Below are positions 9,601 to 18,700 of a DNA stretch of 64,000 nucleotides, one piece after another. The DNA is from Caecitellus pseudoparvulus (lineage: Eukaryota > Protista > Bigyra: Bicosoecida). Within the stretch, counting starts at the first letter, position 1, and every line of letters starts with the position of its first letter. Below the pieces are notes generated by a model. The model was given only the letters and a program-made list of their open reading frames with translations, was not told where the DNA came from and ran no database searches. Made by a program: the position numbers and the translations under genes. Location: positions 1 to 64,000 of the forward strand of contig CBFFRQ010000027.1 in the NCBI GenBank assembly GCA_965644315.1, read 5' to 3'.

Positions 9601-11524
9601 TGAGGAGACGATGCAAAGCATGCTCGCGTACAGGCCTGTGGATGTGCCTGCCCAGCCCCCGCAGCCTCCTCCCCCCACTGCGTTTAACGCATTCGAACCG
9701 CCGCCCGCCGATCCGTACCAGCAGTCCCTGCTGCCCTGCACGTGGTTTGAGCGCCACAAAGTGCGAGACATGACTGGGCGTATGACACGATATGGACGAG
9801 GTGCCATCGGCGGCAGCGGGGACGCGTTCAAGAGTGCCTTTCAGCAGGTGACGACGCCGCAGCCGAGGGTGGGGGCGGACGGCCAGCCGCTGGAGGAAGA
9901 CGTGGCTGCAGCCATGGACATCATAGAGTCGGCTCGCGTGGCGGTGTCCTCGGGGCAGGAGAGCCTTGATGCAGACGCCCTGTGGCAGCAGGTGCTGGGG
10001 CAATTGACCAACGAGTTCACAGCTCCCAGCGGCAAGTTCGGGCCGCGCGGTGGCGAGTGGCTGCCAGCGACCGAGCTGCCGAGCCACGTCGCCGCTGTGT
10101 CGTCCTCCCTCAGGCGCAATGTCACAGCGCAAGGCACGGTGCGCCTGCCCACTCCTCAGGGCATTGTGGAGGTGCCTGAGGACGTGCATGCGGCAGCGTT
10201 GCTGGCAGCGGGGTGGGTGCCACCTCCCCCCACGCAAGACACGCGACCCCTGCTGGCACCAGACCCATCAGCCCCCCCCACCGCTCCTGGCTCGCCACCC
10301 TCACCCCCTGCATCGAAGGCAGAGCCAGCAGCCGCGTGGCTGCAGCTCGCATCGCCCAGCGGCCAGCCCAGTCAGCAGCCGGAACACGGCAGCAAGTCCC
10401 CCCTTCTCAAGTACAGTGCTGACGGTGTGCCGGAAAAACCGCCCAAGACTGCCTCCCCGGCCGTCAAGGCTGCCTACCGAGCCGAAATGTTCGCAAACAA
10501 GCCCCAGACCTTCGAGCGTTTTGGCTCCGAGTGGTTGCAGGGCAAAGTCGACCGCCTCGCCGACGAGCCGTTCGAAGCCGACACAGTGCGGCGCGGGCAG
10601 TTGCTGGAAGCAGCGTTGGCAGAGGCGCTGGCTGGCGGCCTTCCAGGGGCAGGGCAGTGGGCGCGCATCATTCGCCACCCACGCAAGAACAAGAAGCACG
10701 TCATCCTGGACGTCTGCACACCACAAGGCACGCTGGAACGCCGTGTCGTGTCCAAAGCCCGCACGACGTGGCGCTTCCCCGGCGCATACCGAGCAGCACG
10801 CAAGGCCACATGGGGAGGGCTGTGGCCGAATTGGATCGCCCGCGTGGAGGACAAGACTGCTGCAGCCCTTGCGAGGCGAGCCCGCAAAGACCGTGCAGCC
10901 GCGCAGCTTGCCGCTTCACATCGCCAGAACAGCCTGCCTGGCTCGGAAGCGAGTTCTGCAGATAGCACCTCCATCGTGCCGCAAACGCGCCGCTCTGGCG
11001 GCCTCATGCCCATGACACGGTCAACAGCTGAACGCAGAGCGGCGCGGGCCATGGACACCCCCCGCCTTCTTGCAGTTGCTGCGGAGGAGCTGCAGCAGGT
11101 CGCAGCCGCCGAGGGCCGCCCGTTGCGCCCAGAAGAAGCAGCTGTTGTGGCTGTCGCGGCAGACCCGTCATCCCTCCCCTCAGGCGCGCTGGAGAGCACT
11201 GCTGCAGGGCCTCTTGGCGGCTCCCTGACCACCACCCAAGACGCTGTGCGTGCTGTGGCGGCGCTGAGGCGGCAGCGTGGCGGGCCTGCCGGGGAGTCTG
11301 CGCCCGACCCAGCATTCGCACGCCACACGGCACGAGCCCAGCGACACAGGCAAGCTGCCAAAGCTGCTTCCATGGCGAAAGCTGCTCCCTCGTCGCCACC
11401 GGCTGTCGTCATGCGCGAATTGCGAGACATGGGGGTGCTGGGGTCAAGCAGGGGCGCCGCGGCCAAGCGTGCGGCGCGGGAGGCGGTGCTTGCCAAGCGC
11501 AAGAGGGGCGCCCACAAGCGATGA
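6614..11524 (+). CDS. RSM22: Mitoribosome small-subunit assembly factor, Rsm22/METTL17-like methyltransferase fold, with very large insertions
   Basis: Arg/Ala-rich transit-peptide-like N-terminus; MLDVGSGTG, VEPSRSM, YDLVVAQHTLSEL, PGGVLVIADKG, GPCPHALACP, WARIIRHPRKNKKHVILDVC and YRAARKATWG in family order. Confidence 0.9.
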   Translation: MASFSRVPRAHAALAAMPGVRVLRKLGPRLLQGTARHCALPSVIGEAGLKQSHRHMSSSSFPGIDEDDGGFGELLKELSSAEPTSARHTALDGEAELLHAVPENAGLDPADDDVGVADAQFLRRWRDIFADRERTAVKARHNPYVPFSAGADASPAAPPEKLVRGIDSILAGRNVANIKAHWRDMSASLQQRNADLLKSVQGASGRHAGVASRRQAANMPGHAVHGPGESAPLLYGPRETLAFTLHRTLPLFGVAATLFREVAESLPSWTPRTMLDVGSGTGAAIWAAREVWSGPDKAGAEAHATVGSALAAAAAGADAATALGKGGVLQEIVAVEPSRSMQQVSEHLLHDVPGVVFRRSLADVERTVAGSTRGSLGVYDLVVAQHTLSELTSERERADMTARLWELVAPGGVLVIADKGTRWGFHVVGSAREGLLTRMTVKEQVQRSQKGHTLPLDPTLPALPTPSEAAKALLAEGGSRGVSLPLDAGTGPTVHDEGEVDSAELLAALQGEGGVAEPVEGSSAYYAPTAHLVPDTDEPGRQVLAIKDTSGNIPSDADWGTVPGTQSHATGAPPADGPGTTGRRKRRAAQRTPEAVRPTPSVSESQQPTAQARGSVSLTDTRPGAKAQQVDVTAQANAAAAARAGLAPTASSVLPGADAASAPGAFAAAQAAQAELVASLQAAGQVGLQGGSDLASRSQALAAQSAGGEGVSLAAQCAARRSGPAPTSRRKQASLASTVGRLAKVGTALDDTGAAVIGPCPHALACPVRAAAASSNTKADFCTMGRVVNTHKASTAKQHRRTLPTAVERYAYITLRKTDDASRWQHPPATRAGHTLFASAFEHQAEKWHQNAVALPAAASVLAQEEATAVSRGRAMWLATFRDRALAVEAQDAAAARTGEATRALEHDEDGRALLPPLPDSSDSSDSSDSTDAAGSGSSSESDDEVSPFSAVDATNRSGLSQEVAQAGALAQRAVSGGDDLDVVQLLQDVQHPYEDEETMQSMLAYRPVDVPAQPPQPPPPTAFNAFEPPPADPYQQSLLPCTWFERHKVRDMTGRMTRYGRGAIGGSGDAFKSAFQQVTTPQPRVGADGQPLEEDVAAAMDIIESARVAVSSGQESLDADALWQQVLGQLTNEFTAPSGKFGPRGGEWLPATELPSHVAAVSSSLRRNVTAQGTVRLPTPQGIVEVPEDVHAAALLAAGWVPPPPTQDTRPLLAPDPSAPPTAPGSPPSPPASKAEPAAAWLQLASPSGQPSQQPEHGSKSPLLKYSADGVPEKPPKTASPAVKAAYRAEMFANKPQTFERFGSEWLQGKVDRLADEPFEADTVRRGQLLEAALAEALAGGLPGAGQWARIIRHPRKNKKHVILDVCTPQGTLERRVVSKARTTWRFPGAYRAARKATWGGLWPNWIARVEDKTAAALARRARKDRAAAQLAASHRQNSLPGSEASSADSTSIVPQTRRSGGLMPMTRSTAERRAARAMDTPRLLAVAAEELQQVAAAEGRPLRPEEAAVVAVAADPSSLPSGALESTAAGPLGGSLTTTQDAVRAVAALRRQRGGPAGESAPDPAFARHTARAQRHRQAAKAASMAKAAPSSPPAVVMRELRDMGVLGSSRGAAAKRAAREAVLAKRKRGAHKR

Positions 11525-11531
11525 ATTCAAA

Positions 11532-12980
11532 CTACTTCATCACCCAGAACCCCCTCTTTCGCAACTGGTGCCGTTTCATGATCAGAGCGCCGCGGCTGTG
11601 CCGCAACGGCTCCTCGCCCACCCACAGCATGTCACGCCGCAGCAGGCCAAGGTCGTACCGATCCCCTTCCTCCGGCGGCTTCACCAGCGCTGCAGTGTCA
11701 CACTCTGGTAGTGCAAGCACCATGCGCACTATCCCCTCGTACCCACGGTAGGTGGCTGTACTGATCCAATCGCCCAGGTCGACCAAGTCTTCGCAGCCAG
11801 GCTGCGTGAAAGCGACCCATCGCTGGAAAAACAAGAACTCCCGCGCGACTTCCACATCCCCATACTCGAATACATGATACCGCAATTTATCGTGCTTAAT
11901 GTCGGCGTGAGTCTGGCGCTCCTGCACAAGCTGGAAGACAATGGCAAGAGTCTCCGCGGCTCGCCCTCGACAGCAGCTCAAAGCAGCGTTCGCCAAGTCA
12001 GTCCCACTGAGGAACCGCTCTCCTGCTGCTTGCTCGATCTTCAAAATCTCTCGAACGAGCGGCACAAAGGCTTGCCCGCATGCAATCCAGAAGCTCTCAC
12101 GCAACCAGCCTTGACGATCGTCTGGCATTATACTCAGCACCTCCTCTGCGCCTGAAGCGTTGACAAGGAACAAGTACACGTCCAAGTTTCGATGGCCGCG
12201 GAACTGAAGCCTGTCGTCCAAGTCAATCTTGGTTGGGGGCTGCAGCTTGCTCCGTGCGAATTCCGGCAAGCTGAACGCGAGGCTCAGCAGACGAGTGCTG
12301 TAGCAGTACAGCAAGGTGCGCAGCACAGCGTATGGCCCGTGCTTGTCTCCCACTGTGAGGTCCAGGCCATGGGCTTGAGAGGCCTCCAGAATGCTCATAC
12401 TCACGCCTGCGCGGCGCCGTTCTCGATTCTCCAACAGCACTCCCATGGCGTCACCTCCTTCCGGGCTGCAGTCAAAGCGGCGGTCGCCCTCCAGCTCAAG
12501 CAGGAGCTTCACTGTACTGCCAGCACCCCCCTCACAGGCGGAGCGGAAAGCCCCCTCTGGTTGGGAATCCGCTTTTGCGTGCACGTCGATCCTCCGGTCG
12601 CCTCCCAGTGCCAGCAGCTGCCGCACGACTTGATCTGATCCGCAACGACAGGCAGCGCGAAAGGCGGCCTCTGGCCCGGCTGAATCAGGGGCGTGAACAT
12701 CCACAGCTTTCTCGCCCTTCAAAGCAAGGACAAGCTCCAGGCCCATTGCGTTGTCTGCCTCGCAGCACCATGTCAGCGCCTGCTGTGCCTGCTCAGGAGA
12801 GCACTCTGCTCTCAGACGGGGCGCTGCGCAGTTCAATAGCAGAGTATGTCGGGCCAAGCATTCGGGCAGTGAAAAGGGTATACGCCTTGATTGAATGTGG
12901 AGAATGAATTTTGCCCGCCCACTGCACTGCGACATGTGGCCATGTGCTGCACGTCGAGCTGTGCTCGGCGTGGTGAGCAC
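11532..12980 (-). CDS. Degenerate ankyrin-repeat protein (start uncertain)
   Basis: Repeats VDVHA...EAAFRAACRCG..VVRQLL and IDVHA...EGAFRSACEGG..VKLLL plus further helix-pair repeats; apparently intronless. Confidence 0.7.
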   Translation of the reverse strand: MLTTPSTARRAAHGHMSQCSGRAKFILHIQSRRIPFSLPECLARHTLLLNCAAPRLRAECSPEQAQQALTWCCEADNAMGLELVLALKGEKAVDVHAPDSAGPEAAFRAACRCGSDQVVRQLLALGGDRRIDVHAKADSQPEGAFRSACEGGAGSTVKLLLELEGDRRFDCSPEGGDAMGVLLENRERRRAGVSMSILEASQAHGLDLTVGDKHGPYAVLRTLLYCYSTRLLSLAFSLPEFARSKLQPPTKIDLDDRLQFRGHRNLDVYLFLVNASGAEEVLSIMPDDRQGWLRESFWIACGQAFVPLVREILKIEQAAGERFLSGTDLANAALSCCRGRAAETLAIVFQLVQERQTHADIKHDKLRYHVFEYGDVEVAREFLFFQRWVAFTQPGCEDLVDLGDWISTATYRGYEGIVRMVLALPECDTAALVKPPEEGDRYDLGLLRRDMLWVGEEPLRHSRGALIMKRHQLRKRGFWVMK

Positions 12981-12998
12981 TGGTGAGCGGTGTCCCCC

Positions 12999-15048
12999 TC
13001 ACTCGACATCGATCTCCTCCGTCTCGCCTTCCGAGCCATCGGGGAATGCGGAAGCGGGGAAGACTACATCAATGTCGGTCGTGTTTGAGAAGCCAGCCTG
13101 CCGCAGCGTCGCGTCCAGGTCAGTCAGCTGCTTGCCGCCCACGATCACGGCTCGTGGTGTGCCCATGCTGGTCTCGATGGTGTGCATGATGTCATGCACG
13201 ACGCTTTCGTCCAGCTGCTCGTCAGTCAGGTCCATGGTGACGGTGTGCATCACTAGCGCCTCCCCCTCCCCGTCAGTGCTGCCGCCGTCCACGGTCACCC
13301 CCTCTTCGTCATTCCCAGCCGCACTGCCAGCAGGCGTGGGCTCTGGAGCAGCGGCTCCAGGCGCCTTCGACGACGGCCCAGGTGGTGTAGGCGCTGCTGG
13401 CTTGGGGGCAGTGGTGGGCTGTGCCACCTTGGAGTCACCTTCAGGCTGAGTGGGCGCAGGCTGAGGCTTGCTGGAGGGGGGCTTGGGAGGGGGTGTCGTC
13501 TTGGCCGAGGGTGGGCCCCGTGGAGGGGTGCTCCCCCCAACACTAGGCGGCCGCTTGGGCGGTGTGGTGGCGCCAGGTGGGGGTGGCCGAGCGGGTGCAC
13601 CTCCACTGACGCCGCGCGGTGGTGTGCCCCGCCCAGGGACGGCACCGGGAGCAGCCTGCCCGGCGGGAGGTGTGGCTTTGACACCTGGCGCCGGGCGGGG
13701 CGGAAGGCCGGACGATGCAGGGGGTGTGGCGGTCTTGGGGGCACTGGCTCCGCCGCGAGGCGCTGCGCTGGGCCCAGGCTGCGGGGCGGACCTGCCGGGC
13801 TTGGGGCCAGGAGCAGGAGGTGCAGGGGATGGAGTCACGCGCTTAGCCGCAGCAGGCAGGCCAGGCGGTGTGGGCTGCTCAGCCTTGGCTGCTGGCACAG
13901 GCGCAACAGAGGTGCTGGGCACCTTTTGCTGTGAGGCTGGTGTGGCGGGCTTGGGCTTGCTGGCAAGGGGGGTAGGCGAGGGGGATGCGGAGGGAGCAGC
14001 AGTGGGCGGGGACACAGTCTTAGGGCCGCCTCTGTTGGGCAGGCGAGCAGGCGGGGCAACGCCGCTGACTTTGACTGGCGCTGGTGCTGGCGCCAGTGCT
14101 GGAGTTGGGGCTGGTGCTGGTGCTGGGCCTGGGGCTGGGGCTGGGGCTGGTGCAGACGAAGGCTCATCAGCGAGCAGCACTTGCAAGTCAATGTCGGTGT
14201 CAGCAGCCATGCCCAAGCTTGCCAGCGTCGCATCATGGTCCAAGAGAATGGATCCTTTGTACCGAATGGCTTCCGCGCGGGGGTTGACTGTCTCTTGCAG
14301 GCCTTGCAGCAAGTCTGCCACCGTGCTGTGCAACTGCTCACGCCCGAGCTGGATGGTTGTGTGTGCCTCCGAGCTGAACGGCTCCTGGGCTGGTGGCTGG
14401 GAGCCGCTGGAAGTGCTCGTTGGGAGTGATGGGCTTGGCTGGGCTTGAGGTTGGGGCGCTGGCTTGGGCGCTGGCGTGAGCGGCGCGGCGGGGGGAGCCG
14501 GCAGGCGCTGAGGAGACATGGGTGCCTCCGACGGCAGCACCAGCTGGGGCGCGATGGAGGCGGCAGAGAGGCGTTCGTGGTGCTTGTCCAGTTGCTGCTG
14601 CAGCATGGCCGCTCGCCCATTGGCCACGGCTAGCTGGCGCTTGAGGAAGGCCACTTCTTCCTGAGCACGGTGAGCAATGTGTGGCACGGTGCACCAGCAG
14701 AGCAGCGTGTGGCATGCTTGCTCATTGCAACACAGGGGGACTCTACAACGCAACAACAAACACAAATATTACACAAAAAAACAGACACGTGCTTGGCAGG
14801 GGCAGCAGCAGGTCTTGTACGACACGCAGGGCAAGGCGGGGCACGGAGCGGGAAAAGTCGCGTGCCACCTCACGCGCACTCACATCCTTGGCTGCCAGCT
14901 GCTCACGGAGAGACTGCAGCTCCTCGTGCAGTGAATCCTGACCCATGTTTCCCTCACTGCAGGCCTTGACGCGAGCTTCAAGGGCATGCATGGACACCGC
15001 AAGTGCAGCCATGTCCACCGAGTGGACTTGCATCGTGCCTGCCTGCAT
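12999..15048 (-). CDS. Coiled-coil and Pro-rich protein with two ubiquitin-like domains; intron ~14662-14883; start uncertain
   Basis: Exon 1 ends LREQLAAKD|gtgagt and splices in frame to EEVAFLKRQL. Two similar segments (YKGSILLDHDATLASLGM..TDIDL and VGGKQLTDLDATLRQAGF..TDIDV) match the ubiquitin-fold G+.L.D..TL...G pattern. Confidence 0.7.
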
Positions 15049-15772
15049 GCTGGCTCACACTGCTCGTGCTCGCCTCCCACGGCGGAGCCTCCACACAGGC
15101 GCGCACCGCTGCCGTGCGTCGTACCAGGCTTAGCTTGCACTCGAGCTGAGCTCCCGTGGCAGTGGAGCTGGATAACTGCCTTGAGGTCGGCTGTATCAGT
15201 ATTGAACCTCGTCGCCGATTGCCTGACCAGCTCCAACCCCCCATAGCAACGACAAGTAGGTACGCAGCCCCGATGAACGACCCTTGGCGAGCACAAACCT
15301 GCCCAAGGACACAAATTCACGCTCATGAATGATAAGCCCGCCGCCGGCGTGGCACGCTGCACTGCTCCAGAGTCTTCGTCACAGTAAGCGACGTGGCGTT
15401 GTGCTGCGGAACTTGGACTCGCAAGGGAGGCACCCTCAATCGGATATCTAGGGGCGCAGCGCCCATTCAACGGGTATGTAGAGGCTTAAGTTGATTGTTT
15501 GGTCGGGTTTGCCCAAGTTGCAACAGCTCAGTGATACTCTGAGTCGTGAACGCTGGTTGCCGCCAGTCGACGATGTTGTACCAACTGCACTGCAAGCAGC
15601 ACCTGCCCTGCAAAGCAGAACGCATTGACTGCAGGACCCACCCTTTTGGTTCACCATAGCACAGTATTCGTGTTTGCCCCTTCTCTACAGGCTCTCGTTC
15701 CGGCCCCGCAACTTGAGAGCCGTGCTCGTCTAGTGGTCGCAAGCGACGTGCTTTCAGGCTTGCGCGCCCAAC

Positions 15773-18700
15773 ATGGCTGCTCCCCCTCCCCCCTCTGGAC
15801 GGGGTCCACCACCTGGTGGCCCACCCAAAGGCAAGCCGCCTGGAGGACCACCTGGTACACCACCACCTGGTGGCCCACCCAAAGGCAAGCCGCCTGGAGG
15901 ACCACCTGGTACACCACCACCTGGTGGCCCACCCAAAGGCAAGCCGCCTGGAGGACCACCTGGTACACCACCACCTGGTGGCCCACCCAAAGGCAAGCCG
16001 CCTGGAGGACCACCTGGTACACCACCACCTGGCGGAGCAAAGTTCAAAGTTGGCGAGCGTGTGAAGTCTCGATACCGAGGCAAAGGCAGCCGGTGGTTCA
16101 ATGGCAAAGTGGAACGCGTGGTGCCTGGCACCCCTCCTAAGTATGACATCAAATATGACGATGGTGACTCCGAGAAAGCCGCCCTCGAAAAGAACATCAA
16201 GAGCAGGGACAACCCTGAGCCAAAGGGAAGCACGTCACCGAGTACTAGCCCCTCACCTCCTAGCAAGGGCGCTCCACCGCCTGTGAAGGGTGCGCCACCA
16301 CCTGGTGGTCCGCCCAAGGGTGGCACGCCTCCCCCACCAGGCAAGGGCGCTCCACCGCCTGTGAAGGGTGCGCCACCACCTGGCGGTCCGCCCAAGGGTG
16401 GCGCGCCTCCTCCGCCTGGCAAGGGCGCTCCACCGCCTGTGAAGGGTGCGCCACCACCTGGCGGTCCGCCCAAGGGTGGCGCACCTCCCCCACCAGGCAT
16501 GGGCGCTCCACCGCCTGGCAAGGGTGCGCCACCACCTGGCGGTCCGCCCAAGGGTGGCGCACCTACTCCGCCAGGCATGGGCGCTCCACCGCCTGGCAAG
16601 GGTGTGCCACCACCTGGCGGTCCGCCCAAGGGTGGCACGCCTCCCCCACCAGGCAAGGGCGCTCCACCGCCTGTGAAGGGTGTGCCACCACCTGGCGGTC
16701 CGCCCAAGGGTGGCACGCCTCCCCCACCAGGCAAGGGCGCTCCACCGCCTGTGAAGGGTGCGCCACCACCTGGTGGTCCGCCAAGTCCCAAGTCAGGTGC
16801 GAAGGCCAAAACGCCCAAAGGCACCCCTCCACCCCCAGGTGCGCCGCCACCTGCAGGACAGACTAAGGTGCCATCACGTGGATCACCTCCAACCTCTGCT
16901 CCACCCCCTGCGAAGGGCGCGCCACCTCCGGGCAAGGGCGCGCCACCTCCGGGCAAGGGCGCACCACCTCCGGGCAAGGGTGCTCCACCACCGGGCAAGG
17001 GCGCACCACCACCGGGCAAGGGCGCACCACCTCCGGGCAAGGGCGCACCACCTCCGGGCAAGGGCGCACCACCACCGGGCAAGGGCGCACCACCACCGGG
17101 CAAGGGCGCACCACCTCCGGGCAAGGGCGCACCACCTCCGGGCAAGGGCGCACCACCTCCGGGCAAGGGCGCACCACCTCCAGGCAAGGGCGCACCACCT
17201 CCAGGCAAGGGCGCACCACCTCCGGGCAAGGGCGCACCACCTCCGGGCAAGGGCGCACCACCTCCGGGCAAGGGCGCACCACCTCCGGGCAAGGGCGCAC
17301 CACCACCGGGCAAGGGCGCACCACCACCGGGCAAGGGCGCACCACCTCCGGGCAAGGGCGCACCACCTCCGGGCAAGGGCGCACCACCTCCGGGCAAGGG
17401 CGCACCACCACCGGGCAAGGGCGCACCACCTCCGGGCAAGGGCGCACCACCACCGGGCAAGGGCGCACCACCACCGGGCAAGGGTGCACCACCACCGGGC
17501 AAGGGCGCACCACCTCCGGGCAAGGGCGCACCACCACCGGGCAAGGGCGCACCACCTCCGGGCAAGGGCGCACCACCACCGGGCAAGGGCGCACCACCAC
17601 CGGGCAAGGGTGGTCCCCCGGCTGTGGGGAAGGCGTCGCCCAAGGCTGGTCAGAGCGCACCACCACCGGGCAAGGGCGCACCACCTCCGGGCAAGGGCGC
17701 ACCACCTCCGGGCAAGGGTGCACCACCACCGGGCAAGGGCGCACCACCACCGGGCAAGGGCGCACCACCACCGGGCAAGGGCGCACCACCACCGGGCAAG
17801 GGTGGTCCCCCGGCTGTGGGGAAGGCGTCGCCCAAGGCTGGTCAGAGCGCACCACCACCGGGCAAGGGCGCACCACCACCGGGCAAGGGCGCACCACCAC
17901 CGGGCAAGGGTGGTCCCCCGGCTGTGGGGAAGGCGTCGCCCAAGGCTGGTCAGAGCGCACCACCACCGGGCAAGGGCGCACCACCACCGGGCAAGGGTGG
18001 TCCCCCGGCTGTGGGGAAGGCGTCGCCCAAGGCTGGTCAGAGCGCACCACCACCGGGCAAGGGCGCACCACCACCGGGCAAGGGTGGTCCCCCGGCTGTG
18101 GGGAAGGCGTCGCCCAAGGCTGGTCAGAGCGCACCACCACCGGGCAAGGGTGGTCCCCCGGCCGTGGGGAAGGCGTCGCCCAAGGCTGGTCAGAGCGCAC
18201 CACCTCCAGGAATCAGCGCTCGGCCCAAGCCTGTGCCTCATTCAAAACCAGGTGGCCCACCTGGTCTGGGCACGAAAACTTCGCCCACTCCCTCTGCGAA
18301 GTCCTCGGCCAAGACACCCCCAAGGACATCTCCTGCTGCAAGCGGCAAAGCTCCCGGTTTGAAACCGCCACCAGGATCGACAAGCCAGCAGCCCAGGGGA
18401 CCACCCGGCATGCCCAAGACAGGGGGGGTGGCATCCAGTGGTGCACCTTCTGGCGGTCCGCCGGGCATGCCAAAGAGACAGGATTCCACCTCATCACCGC
18501 CCACCACAACGGGTCCAGCCAAGCCAAAGCCTTCTCCGAAGCCAGCACCTGGCACGACAACCAAGCCAGCGCCTGGTGCACGGGGTCCAGCACCCGGCAC
18601 GACAACCAAGCCAGCGCCTGGTGCACGGGGTCCAGCACCCGGCACGACAGCCAAGCCAGCGCCTGGTCCACGGGGTCCAGCACCTGGCACGACAACCAAG

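Noticed and set aside
14662-14883. Long intron with a T-rich tract as a possible snoRNA host
   Set aside because: No convincing C/D boxes or two-hairpin H/ACA structure by eye; a micro-exon cannot be excluded.
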